Assembly (NCBI GenBank): GCA_943788175.1
Contig: CALSPG010000001.1
Location: 351,775-415,774 of the forward strand
Direction of reading: 5' to 3'
DNA: 64,000 bases
Source of the DNA: an uncultured bacterium
GTDB taxonomy: Bacteria; Fidelibacterota; Marinisomatia; Marinisomatales; UBA1611
Each line of letters opens with the position of its first letter. Within the stretch, counting starts at the first letter, position 1. Shown piece by piece: positions 51,705-62,788 of the stretch. The notes under the pieces were generated by a model that saw only the letters and a program-made list of their open reading frames with translations, did not search any database and was not told the DNA's origin. A program made the translations under genes and the position numbers.

Positions 51705-52022
51705 TTAAAAGGGCAAATCGTCATCCTCGATCGGATTTGGTGTTGGCTCTTGTTGAGATGGTTCAGGGCTCATTTGTGGAGGCTGCGAGGACTGCGGAGC
51801 ATTTTGTCGTTGGTATTCACTTTTGTAAGCATAATGAGTAGCACCTTTTTCTGATACTTCTCTTCTTTTTGCAATAACGATATTGACCCAACCATTTTCA
51901 TCTACGTGTTCTTGTAGCTCACTTACTTTAAAAGCAGCATTAATTAAGCTACCGCCGTTATCAAAAGTCTTTTCTCTTAGGGAGCATTGATTTATATAAA
52001 CTCTATCTTGAGACATTTTCAC
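51705..52022 (-). CDS. Small phage-like protein with SSB-type acidic tail (putative ssDNA-binding)
   Basis: About 70-aa beta domain, P/Q/S linker, C-terminus IEDDDLPF; AGAGG RBS. Confidence 0.75.
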   Translation of the reverse strand: MKMSQDRVYINQCSLREKTFDNGGSLINAAFKVSELQEHVDENGWVNIVIAKRREVSEKGATHYAYKSEYQRQNAPQSSQPPQMSPEPSQQEPTPNPIEDDDLPF

Positions 52023-52130
52023 CTCTTTTGTAAATATTTTTTATTAAAAACGAAACAAAACATACGTATCATATACGTTTAGCCAAAATTAAAAGAGTCA
52101 AAAAATATAATTTTCTTTTTGACAAATAAA

Positions 52131-52943
52131 TTATTTTAATACTGGGTACATATCATAGTTTTGATCATCAAAATATTTAATTCTGTTTGGCATAGATAAC
52201 TCAATTTTTTGTTTCAAACTTAAGGGGATTCTATCTGCTCTAAATCTTACAGCAAAATAAGGAAGATAGCTTTCGGCAATATCTTCACGATATGGATGAT
52301 CCTGAGCGTATGAAGAAATAAACCCACAATCTTTTTCTTGAGCAATTAGCCATAAACTATCCTTTGCATGGTATTCATCAAGTGAGGTATGGGCTGCTTC
52401 ATGTATAAGCGTTTCTTCAAGAATACCTTGTTCTTCATAATTTTTTACCGAATAGTCCGTATGAATAAGTAGGTTATTATTGCCACCACCAAAAGGAAAA
52501 TCGCCTCGATGAATCCAGACTGTTTTAACATCTTTTCTAAGTTCAGTTGGCAGCTGCCCAATCACTGGAGCAAATTTTTCAGCCTGAATCATTGCCTCTT
52601 GGTAGGAACCAAATTCAGGATTTACTTGAATTTCAATTTGGATATTATCATCATAAATAGCTGGAAACAAATATGGCTGAATAGTAATCCAATTAGCTAT
52701 TCTTCTATCGAACATCACTCTTTCTTGTCTTCCATCATATGATAATCTGACAAAAGTAGAAATATCATCTGGGGTCACTATTTCACTATCAATAAATATA
52801 GTACCATGAAAAGGAGGCTCTTTTAGCGATTCGCAGTTATAAGCTAGTGCTGAATTAGCAGAATTATTTGAATGACAGCAGAATTGTTCCAGGCAAATAA
52901 AAGCAATTAATACTATGTTTTTAATTATATTATTAAAAAGCAT
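52131..52943 (-). CDS. Secreted HExxH zinc-metalloprotease-like protein
   Basis: LIHEAAHTSLD, ISSYA...PYREDIAES. Confidence 0.7.
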   Translation of the reverse strand: MLFNNIIKNIVLIAFICLEQFCCHSNNSANSALAYNCESLKEPPFHGTIFIDSEIVTPDDISTFVRLSYDGRQERVMFDRRIANWITIQPYLFPAIYDDNIQIEIQVNPEFGSYQEAMIQAEKFAPVIGQLPTELRKDVKTVWIHRGDFPFGGGNNNLLIHTDYSVKNYEEQGILEETLIHEAAHTSLDEYHAKDSLWLIAQEKDCGFISSYAQDHPYREDIAESYLPYFAVRFRADRIPLSLKQKIELSMPNRIKYFDDQNYDMYPVLK

Positions 52944-52955
52944 ATTAGATTATTT

Positions 52956-53450
52956 TTATAAAAAAAGTTGAGACCATTTTTCGCAAATATTTTCAAAGTT
53001 TATCGCCATATTTGCGGGACTAGAGCTTGGCAATGAGACATATTTAATGTCAGGGTTTAGTTTGAAAAACTTATAAAACATTTGTTCGGATTTTTTGCCA
53101 TTAAAACCTATCACTTTTATTGAAGGATTGGTTTTTGTTAATAAGTCTATATCATTAGGTCTTTCTTCTTTAATATTACTATCGAGACTTCCTTTTCGAA
53201 TCGCGCTACGGGCTACATCCCAGAGGCCTATTTTTAATAAATTTAAGAAAACCTTTTTATCATCATAATTTGTTGGAGTCTCCTTTTCTTTTAAGTAAGA
53301 AAGGATACTCCAAATTCTGTTCCTTGAATGACCATAATATTGATTTAATTCAATAGATTTTCTTCCCGGTAATGATCCCAGAATTAAAATTTCTGTGTTT
53401 TGGAAAATCACAGGTTCAAAAGACAAACTGAAATCAGATTTTTCAATCAT
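52956..53450 (-). CDS. DNA-deoxyinosine glycosylase (UDG family 6)
   Basis: ILILGSLPG..S....QYYGH.RN..W, GLWDV, GSLDSNI, FNG, LPSSSPAN. Confidence 0.9.
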   Translation of the reverse strand: MIEKSDFSLSFEPVIFQNTEILILGSLPGRKSIELNQYYGHSRNRIWSILSYLKEKETPTNYDDKKVFLNLLKIGLWDVARSAIRKGSLDSNIKEERPNDIDLLTKTNPSIKVIGFNGKKSEQMFYKFFKLNPDIKYVSLPSSSPANMAINFENICEKWSQLFL

Positions 53451-53452
53451 AT

Positions 53453-54667
53453 TTATCTTTTAATTATATAATTAGAGGCGTTTAAACCGGAGCATACAGC
53501 ACCTTCAATACTGCCAGTAACAGTATGGTCTCCGGCAACAATTAAACCTTCGCCTAAGAAAGAACTTCTTTTTTTAAAGAAGTCTTTATTTTGAATGATT
53601 GTAGCCCTTTTTATGTCAAACCGTTTCATGAAATCATAGTTTGATTCTGATCCACCAAAATAGTTAGACAATCTCTTTTTAATCGAATTAATTGGTATGT
53701 CAAATGTTGAAAAATCTCCAAGAACAGATATCGAAAGAAGATTATTTGATGCACTGTAAGAAGAACTAACTTTGTTTAAAATTGCAATATTATTAATCAA
53801 GTCATCCTTTGGAAACAAATGGATGTATTTTCCGTTTTTTATATCAATATCGGTTACAAAATATAAATTACAAACAGAATTATATTTTGCAGATTTTTTT
53901 TTAATTAAATTCTCACTACCTCCTGTAAAAACAATATTGTCAGCTTTTATATCAATACTATTACTGAATGATAATATCTTACTGCGGTCTATTTTAATTA
54001 ACGCATGATCAAAAAAAATATTTTCTTTATTTATATTGTTTGAAATCGAATCAGGTATTTTTTGCATACCATTTTTCGGTATACAAGCCATGCCCTTACT
54101 AAAATTTGAGAAGACATATTTGAAAAATTTTGAAGAAGTTTTTAAATCCTTTTCTAAAAATATCCCAGAAAAAAAAGGGCTAAAAAAGAGATCTATAAAT
54201 TTCTCGGAAAATTTTCGTTGTTTTAAATATTCTAGTGTTGTCATATCGAAAGAAATATCATTTTCGATTCTGTAATTCGATAATTCATATATTAGGAGCA
54301 AAACTTTAAGTTTGTCTGAAAAGCTCGACAACGAAGAAAAAAGACTACTAAATAAATTTTTAGGATCTCTAATTGGATCTGAAACCATATGGAACTTTTT
54401 CCCATTGTGTATTACTGAGCCTGGCTTAAATAATTGTAAATCAATGTTTTTTAAATCTAAAATACGGCTGGACTCTGCATACGCAGTATTATAGACCTGA
54501 AAACCAACATCAAATATGTAATCATTCTCGTAAATGGAGCCTACTCTACCACCAACTCGATTCGATTTTTCTACAATTAAATATTCTTTTTTGTGTTTTT
54601 CTAAAAGAGATGCACAAGCCAGACCTGAAAGACCAGCACCAACAATAACTGTTTCAACTCTGACCAT
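53453..54667 (-). CDS. FAD-dependent oxidoreductase (amine oxidase/protoporphyrinogen oxidase family)
   Basis: GAGLSGL, VGGRV, DVGFQV.NTAY, AGDH...GSIEGAV.SG. Confidence 0.88.
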   Translation of the reverse strand: MVRVETVIVGAGLSGLACASLLEKHKKEYLIVEKSNRVGGRVGSIYENDYIFDVGFQVYNTAYAESSRILDLKNIDLQLFKPGSVIHNGKKFHMVSDPIRDPKNLFSSLFSSLSSFSDKLKVLLLIYELSNYRIENDISFDMTTLEYLKQRKFSEKFIDLFFSPFFSGIFLEKDLKTSSKFFKYVFSNFSKGMACIPKNGMQKIPDSISNNINKENIFFDHALIKIDRSKILSFSNSIDIKADNIVFTGGSENLIKKKSAKYNSVCNLYFVTDIDIKNGKYIHLFPKDDLINNIAILNKVSSSYSASNNLLSISVLGDFSTFDIPINSIKKRLSNYFGGSESNYDFMKRFDIKRATIIQNKDFFKKRSSFLGEGLIVAGDHTVTGSIEGAVCSGLNASNYIIKR

Positions 54668-54779
54668 TTTTATATGTATTTTGGAATCATTAGATGTGCA
54701 ATATTAATTAACATAGATAATTGATTAATATTATTTATTACTAGCTTAAAAAATAAAATATTGAAAGAATAATTGAACC

Positions 54780-55430
54780 ATGAAACGAAAAGACAAAGCA
54801 ATTATCATTGGGGAAACACTCGAAGAACTTTACCCTACAATCCCAATTCCTCTAAATCATAGTAGCGCATATACTCTTTTAGTTGCCGTTATGCTATCTG
54901 CTCAAACTACAGATAAAAAAGTGAATGAGGTAACTCCAAGTCTTTTTAACCTTGCTGATACACCTGAAAAAATGTCAAAACTAGAGGTCGAAACAATCCA
55001 AAATGTTATTAAAGAAATAGGATTGGCTCCAACCAAAGCAAAAAATCTTCACAAAATGGCATTTCAACTAATTGAAGGCGGTGGTGTAAGAGAAGACTGG
55101 ACCTACCTTGAGAGTCTTGCCGGGGTTGGTCATAAGACTGCCAGTGTAGTGATGTCTCAGTGGTTTAATATTCCTGCTTTCCCTGTAGATACACATATAC
55201 ATCGTCTCGCTGCTAGGTGGGGTTTATCAAATGGAAAAAATGTAGAGAAAACCGAATTAGACTTAAAAAAACTGTGGCCACGAGAGTTATGGAACCGCAG
55301 ACATCTACAAATTATATTTTTTGGAAGAGAGCATTGTCCTGCTAGAGGCCACAATCTCAATGAGTGTTTAATTTGTTCTTGGGCGGCATCAAAAAATCGC
55401 ATTTTAATGGAAATGGTAAATAAAAAATAG
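54780..55430 (+). CDS. nth: Endonuclease III
   Basis: LLVAVMLSAQTTDKKVN, HhH LAGVGHKTA, FPVDTHIHR, C-terminal GREHCPAR....CLIC. Confidence 0.95.
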   Translation: MKRKDKAIIIGETLEELYPTIPIPLNHSSAYTLLVAVMLSAQTTDKKVNEVTPSLFNLADTPEKMSKLEVETIQNVIKEIGLAPTKAKNLHKMAFQLIEGGGVREDWTYLESLAGVGHKTASVVMSQWFNIPAFPVDTHIHRLAARWGLSNGKNVEKTELDLKKLWPRELWNRRHLQIIFFGREHCPARGHNLNECLICSWAASKNRILMEMVNKK

Positions 55431-55445
55431 TTTTTATGAATGATG

Positions 55446-56709
55446 TTAAATCTGAGAATTTTTTGAACCGAGGAAAGCACCCCAAACGCTTAGTCTCAGC
55501 ACCGCTGAAAAAATCATCACAAAATGAATAACATTATCTAAATAGGTAATACTAACAAGGTTTATCTCTTCCCGCGTTAGAAGCCCACCTATTAAACCAC
55601 CAATAAAAATAGATAAACCTCTGAAGAATATTCTTTTAGAAGTCACTTTGATCATTTTTTTATTTTCCATATGCTCATAAAGACGATTATCTAGAGCTAG
55701 CGCTCTCCCGCTAAACATTAAAGAAGCCAAGGACGCGATAACAATAGCACCTGGCAACGATAATTCTTTTGGTAAATAAAATAAACCAACCCAGAATAAA
55801 GGAAAAATGGCAATCCAAAAACTTGTGAAGCGTATAGCATTATAAGACCCCGTACTATCAATTCTTTTACCCCAATAACGCATACTAAAAAGACCAAGGA
55901 TTTGACTGACATTAATAAGAATAGCTAGCTCAATATAATTAAACTGAAGATCCCTTAACCAATAAACCATCATCAATGGGCCAGATACGTGGAAGGAGAA
56001 TTCAGAAAGAGAGTCATAGGTTATGAAACGTTTTAACTTTCCAGTTAATGTACCTACGCTATCATCAACTTTACTTTCTTCATCATCAACAGTATCTTCA
56101 GGCTCATATTGTCTTTTTAGATAAAAAATACATCCAAAATTTGCTAGTATACCGATACAAAAAATCAATGCGAAACCATTAAATAAATTTGAGTCTTTAA
56201 ATGAATTTAAAATAGCACCCGCTAAAAGAGATGATATAAGCATAAAAATTCTTACAACTTGTGAACGGTTACCAAAATAACGCCCTCTTAAGTCTTCCTG
56301 GCACAAGATAGCCCATCCAAGAAGTCCATGGCGACATCTGTGACATAGCCAATGCATAATAAGCACAAATAAAACAGAGAAGTAAAAAATAATTACCGGA
56401 AGAATATCCAGCAAAAAAAATCAAGGGAATTGTAATAGTCTGAATCAATTTTAATATGATCAAAAGCTTTTTTCTTGAGCGCAGAATATCATAAAACCAG
56501 CCTGTCATATTTTGAAATAATGCTCCGAAAAATATAGGAAAAGTGGATAAAATTGAAATCTCAAAACTAGTGTATTTTAAATATTCAAAAAATGCGCCGA
56601 AGTAGGTTTCTACGGAACCATACATTACCGCCCACCAGGAACCTTCTACCGTTGAAATTTTAAGCGATGACCGTATTGCTTGTGAGTGCCTTTGCCTTCT
56701 TTGAGCCAT
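55446..56709 (-). CDS. MFS transporter (frameshift near 56290)
   Basis: SLKISTVEG start, W.SWMGYLVP then RGRYFG.R in the next frame, YWGKRIDSTG loop motif. Confidence 0.8.
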
Positions 56710-56738
56710 GAGTGCTTCTACAATAAAATTCTTTATTT

Positions 56739-59500
56739 TTAACCAGTTGTCTGCATTGCAGCAGCAATATGATTAATGCTGAGGAAATATGGCATTGTCT
56801 AATTCCACATTTTTGTCTTCGGACAGACCTGTATCTTTCTAACAATTCTGATTGAGCACAGTTTAAAATGTCTGTAAAAGGATTACGAAATCTAATCGAA
56901 CTGTCTATTATCTTATTTCGCTCAAGCAACGTCTCGTATCCTGTTATTTTTTTATATGCGTTTAATAATAAGTTAAACTCAATTTCAACCGCTTTATGAA
57001 ATGAAATCTCTTCTTTTGATTTTGAATATAATAATGATATTTCCAGTCTTGACCTTGCCATTTCAAAAGACATATTATCAAGCAACTGCCTAAAAAATTT
57101 TGATTGTCATAAAATAGGATTTCATTTCTTCAAGGTTTTTCTCATTTTTACAGCCTTATCAAGTGCCGTTCCCATACCGAACCAGCCGCTTAAATTATAT
57201 CGTATTTGAGTCCATGAAAAAACCCAAGGTATTGCTCTAAGATCATCAAACCCCAGGACACTCTCCTCCATTTTTTTTCTCGATGCTGGACGTGAAGTAA
57301 TTGGAATTTTGCTAATATGATTTATTGGTGTTGCCTTAAGTAAAAAATGCCAACATCTTTCGCTAATAATCTTTTTTCTATAGGTATCATAAGATTCATC
57401 TAAAATTTCTTGAAGTATATCAAGCTGATCATCTTTGGATTCACTACTTCTACTCAAAGCAATTATCTGTGCATTCACTATTTGTTCTAAGTGCCTTTTT
57501 GCGATACTAGCAGAACCATATCTATAATTAATCACCTCACCTTGCTCAGTAAAGCGAATCTTTCCATTCTGACACTCATTCGGAAGACTTAGAATAGCTT
57601 TATTACTTTTGCCTCCCCCTCTACTAATTGAGCCACCACGACCATGAAAAATTCTAAAATCAATATCTTTATTCTTCATCACGTTAGAAATTGCAATTTG
57701 ACTTTCATTCAAACAAAAGTTTGCCATTCCAAAACCGCCATCTTTATTACTATCCGAATACCCAAGCATTATTTCTTGAAAATTATCTCTATTTTCTAAA
57801 TGTAATCTGTAGGTACTATCTTCGATTAATTCGCTTAACAAAAGAGGTGCATTTTTTAAATCAGATATTGTTTCATACAACGGTATAATATTTAGTTGAG
57901 ATGTGATTCTATTTGAATCAGATGTAACTAATCCGGCTAGTTTTGCTAAAAAAAGAACTTCAAGAATATCACTTTTTGAGTGTGTCATGCTTACGATATA
58001 AGAGGAAATTATTTTTTGATCAATTTCGAAGGCGTCTTTAATCATTTCAAACGTGCTTAGGACCTCGTTAACAAGAACGGAAGCGTTTCCTTTAATTGAA
58101 TTTATGCCTTCAACATCTGAATGAATAAATTCATTTAGAAGTTCACATTTTTTTTGCTCTTCATTTTTTTTATAATGAGTACCAGGTTTTATCGACTCCA
58201 TTATTTCATTTATTGCTTTCTCATGCATGCCAGAGTGTTGACGTATGTCAATACTTAAATAGTACAAACCAAAGACTCTTGATCGTACTAAAAGGTCTTT
58301 CATTAACCCATTTACTAACCTATCACCATCGTAAACATTATTTAAAAAATAAGCAATCATTTCTAAATCATGATGAAATTCATTTGAAGAGTAAGAAGCT
58401 TTAAAATCACTGTTAATTAACTTTTCAAAGTTTTTCAATTTTTTACAAATACATAATATTTTTAATCTCAAAGGTTCATATTGATAGCGAGTAATTATGC
58501 TTTCATCTAGTTTGATAATATTTAAGTCGTCTTTGATCGATTTAGATAAAATACTATCGCCAATGCTCTCATCAACATGAATACTTAAATCATCAAATAA
58601 TATGTTTAAATCATTTAAATATTTTTTAATAATTAGGCTAATTTGGTTTCTTATAGCATCTTTTGTCACTTGACTATTTACGTTCGGGTTACCATCTCTA
58701 TCACCACCAACCCAACTATGAAAAGATAATACATTTTCCAATTCAACCTTTTCTTTATAGTACTCTAAAAAGGAGAATTCAAGATCATTTAATAGATCAG
58801 GAACAGCATCCCAGAGCGCTTCAATGGTGCTATTAATTGTATTATTTATTTCATCTTGAACTGAAATACTGTGAGATCGTATATCATCAGTCAACATTAT
58901 TAATCCACATAATCTTTTTGCTTCGTTCTCATAACGAGCTAGCTCACTACTACTCAGGTCTTCATTTAAAATCAAATCAATTATATGAAGAAGTTTCTTT
59001 TGCTTATTAATTATTGATTGTCTTCGAGTTTCTGTGGGATGAGCTGTAAACGTAGGATGAATAGACACACTTCGCACAATATCCCTTGCTTCTTCAAAAT
59101 CAACCGAGTTTTCTTTTAAGTATTTTATAGCAGCAGGAATTGAGTCTATTTTTGGGTTATTTTTATCTGAAACTTTGTCTCTATCGTTATTAATAGATAT
59201 AATCTCATTTAACTCAGCTTGGTTTAAAAGATGAAAATATGTGCCTATAAACTTCATACCTCTTCCCAATTCATCGACAGACCAAGATTTAAATTTCTCA
59301 ACGATTTCGTATCGCGTTATTTTAATTTTTTCGCCAGAAGAAATCATTGTGCTCATACATTCAATTAATTGATTATGCTTTTCTTTGCTTAATCCACTAG
59401 AAGCGTCTTCTAATAGAGTTATAATGTAGGTAGACTTATCTATCATACTTTTTGAAAGATGACAAGCACTTGCAAAGCTTTTTATTTGATTATTTAACAC
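56739..59500 (-). CDS. ppc: Phosphoenolpyruvate carboxylase (frameshifts in the 3' part)
   Basis: TAHPTE, GGDRDGNP, MLGYSDSNKDGG, FHGRGGSISRGG, LRAIPWVFSWTQ; later frames give RNPFTDILN and INHIAAAMQTTG-stop at 56739. Confidence 0.93.
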
Positions 59501-59529
59501 GAGAGAATTTAAAGGTCTTTATCAAAAAT

Positions 59530-59992
59530 TTATAAATCGTAATTACCTTTTTTCCATAGAAAAATAGAATAAGCTCTTAAGCCAACACTGATTAAAACTA
59601 TTAGGACAATCAAGGTGTTAATTCAACAATGAAAAGGCCATAGTAATGCTGATATAATATGCTAAGTGTTAGGCCCAACGCTATGCCAAAAAGCATTGTA
59701 ATAAAGTGAGATAACTGAGCTAATATTTTAAATGATTTTTTCATATTTTTATTTTTGTTTTTTTATACAAGAATGGATGTTTATAATTTTTTAAAAAAGT
59801 TAATCTTTATTGATTTTTTTATCACTATAACTTTTAGCAATAGTGATGAAGAGCCAAGCACAAATGAGAATTGGCACAACACTATCGTTTTCATAAGGGA
59901 TAAGTGCATATAACCCCTATAACCGCAATAACGAGACTGAAGTCAGCGAATAGTTCATTTTTAACAAACAATTTTTTTAACCTATTCATCAT
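59530..59992 (-). other. Two possible small membrane-protein genes, both frameshifted (about 59800-59992 and 59530-59745)
   Basis: Hydrophobic fragments FADFSLVIAVIGV, ILICAWLFITIAK and LIVLIVLISVGLRAYSIFLWKKG; no intact ORF. Confidence 0.3.
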
Positions 59993-60115
59993 TCTAAATA
60001 TGAAGGTTTTGGATACTGAAATGAAGTCACAATAAAAAATCATGAGAATTTATTTAATTTAGAAAGTTAAGTTTACTCATAATTAATTTTTTAATTATTA
60101 AATAAGGAGTTTTAA

Positions 60116-60436
60116 ATGAAATCATATTTTCAAGGTATAATCACAGGTAGCGTAGCGGTAGCATCAATTTTGGTATTTATGGGCCAAACTACTATTGATA
60201 AACAAATAAAAGATCAATTGAAAGAACTAGAGTCATTACAATCTGAAATAGATATACTTGGAAAGTCTATGTCTGAATCATTTAATGAAGATCCTAAGAT
60301 AAATTTAAGCTCAAATGATAATGTTGCTATTATCCAATTAAATAAAAAATTTGATAAATTAGATCAAAAACTTGTTTCTATTTTTCAAAAATTAGAATCA
60401 AAAATAGAAGGAGACAATTGTATCGATAGAAGATAA
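60116..60436 (+). CDS. Signal-anchored coiled-coil protein (paralog family)
   Basis: AAGGAG RBS; MKSYFQGIITG...S..VFMG N-terminus. Confidence 0.75.
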   Translation: MKSYFQGIITGSVAVASILVFMGQTTIDKQIKDQLKELESLQSEIDILGKSMSESFNEDPKINLSSNDNVAIIQLNKKFDKLDQKLVSIFQKLESKIEGDNCIDRR

Positions 60437-60513
60437 TAATGGAATATTACAGGATATTTATACTGATGGGTTACCATGCAGCAAATAGAAGATTAGGTTT
60501 TCTTTTTAATTAT

Positions 60514-62697
60514 TTACTTTAAAAGAACCATTTTTTTAGAAATAGTACTTTTATCGAACTGAATTGTATAAATATAAACTCCTCCAGCTACTAATTCATT
60601 TTTAATATTAGTTCCATTCCAACTAATAGAATTAAATCCAGCGTTTTGACTTTTATCTATTAGCGTCGTAACGAGCCTCCCCAGCATATCATGTATGCTA
60701 ACCTTTACCCTTCCATCTGAGGAAAGGTTGTAGCTAATGTTAGTTGCAGGGTTGAAAGGATTCGGGAAATTACTAAAGAGCTTAATATTCTTTGGCATAA
60801 CCAGTTTGTCATCAAGAGCCAAAAACCTATCCGTGCTTATCTTCGCTCTAATATTAGCATTGCCGTACGATGATAAAACATCACTAAAATTGATCCCATC
60901 TGTGGAGTAATACGAAGTACCTGCACTCGGGCTATGATCATCGAAAGGCACAGAGTAAGTACCATCAGCAAATTTAACAGATATAAAGAATTTCTGACCT
61001 GAGGATACAGCTATTGAATCGATTGAGGCAGATAACCAACCAGAATTATCAGCATAACCAACTTTTGTAGGCATTAACGATTGCCCTGGATCTGTTCCAT
61101 TAAATGAGTCATATATGTTTAATTCCCAGCTTATTGCTGACCGAACGCCAAAGTCGACCTCCGTTATATAGCCATCGTGCTCAGCAGTAAACTCAACAGC
61201 GGACCACTTGTCTGAAGCAGTTGAATTTCCAAAACCGTAGTAAGACATTCCCCTCTTATCGTACGCAATCGCATATCCATTTTCTTGGGCGATATTCTAT
61301 ATCAAGATACATGATAGAGCCCAGAATCACTTATATTTTCAAAAGAGATATTTGTTTCCTCAGCTATCATAATGTATTTGATGATGGGTAGGAAGAATCA
61401 TCAAAAACACGATTATTATTCCGTTCCTGGAAAAGGGTCACCACCATCGCCTCGATTATGCTCTAAATCCAAATCATCGTTGCCGTCTGCCTCTTCAATA
61501 TCGACTAATTTGTGATCATCATCATCATTGACGGAAGCCACCGCTCATTGCATTCAGGCCGTAGTTTTGATTTTCATCTATGTGATATATCATTAATCCC
61601 TCTCCCCTTATACTTGGAATCAAACCCTATTTTTTGACGGTTTTCGATTAAAAAATATCTGCTCCAATAATAATCGTCTTCCCAAACTTTTAATACGGAG
61701 CCTGTCGTAGCAAAAGTCACTGATACTAACGCTGGAAATATTTTGACTCAATTACGACTGGTTCTACCCAACCTAACTGCAATTTGCACCAAGATGACAT
61801 ATGAGCTGGTACTAGTCACCCGCAAAGCCTAACCAACTACCCGAAGCCATTAGAGCACCATTCTCCTACGCCCTCAGAATCTACCATTTACAGAGTTCTG
61901 ATCATATAAGATCAGGTAGACCTAAGATATGACCAAATTCATGAGCATAAACGACCCATTGGCCTAATTACATCTGTCTAACAATTCTCCACCTACCTGC
62001 ATAGTTCAGGACTTACAGCATAAGTACTAACTATGATATTTTCACCATTCGCACCTAAATCATTTGTTACATATTCATAATCTAACAGAACTTTGATGAG
62101 GCCAAATATTTGAATTTCCGGGGCTCCATTCAGCACCACAACCAGAATAAACAATAATTATACCATCGACATAACCATCATCATCACCTGAATTTGGAAT
62201 ATTATCAGGACCATCATTATCATACAAGAGCATAATTAAAATCATCATCAGCTAATGCAGCAATTTCAGAGACATAAGCTTTGAGTTTTCAACAGCTTCA
62301 ATCATTGTAATGTGACTGGTACCAACCTTCGCATTCTCCATCAACTTAAAAGACCATATGAAATTTCATCATAATATTCGCTCATTGTTCCAGTAGCATT
62401 ATTATCAAAAAGAAGATTTTAAAATCTGTTGCGCTAAAATATGTATCTGACACGTCGGAATACTGTACCTAAAAGCACAGGAATGTTAAAGTCATTTGAA
62501 TATCCCTGTTTTGGCATGTTTCTGCTATCCGATATCCTTTTTATCCACCCCGGATTGCCGTAGTCTTTTCCAATATTTTGGTTGCGAAAATTCCGCATTA
62601 CTTGCTCTGGAATTTTTCCTTTGCTTGGTGGGTTTATCGGCCAAAGAAGAGAATAAAAACAAATAATTAATAGTGCTATTTTTTTCATTATAAACAT
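60514..62697 (-). pseudogene. M6-family (immune inhibitor A-like) metalloprotease with T9SS C-terminal domain, multiply frameshifted (possibly sequencing error)
   Basis: YDNDGPDNIPNSGDDDGYVDG, NIWPH, AHEFGHILGLPDL near 61915-61950, IENRQKIGFD, EEADGNDDL; 3' ORF ends NFPNPFNP...KKMVLLK. Confidence 0.85.
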
Positions 62698-62730
62698 AAT
62701 ACCTGAATTGAAAGCTTAATAATTTTAGTT

Positions 62731-62760
62731 AAAAAAAAGAGGCACCGTTAAAGTGCCTCT
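62731..62760 (-). terminator. Intrinsic terminator after the 113-aa gene
   Basis: Minus strand AGAGGCAC-TTTAACG-GTGCCTCT followed by a T tract. Confidence 0.85.
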
Positions 62761-62788
62761 AAAAATAAGATAAACGTTTTTTTTGATA

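Noticed and set aside
44540-52022. Prophage suggested by the viral-type exonuclease and SSB-tail protein
   Set aside because: No integrase, terminase, capsid or tail genes; the intervening genes are ordinary cellular ones.
45251-54667. Integron cassette array suggested by many short co-directional genes
   Set aside because: No integron integrase and no recurring attC-like sites between genes; several genes overlap or nearly abut.
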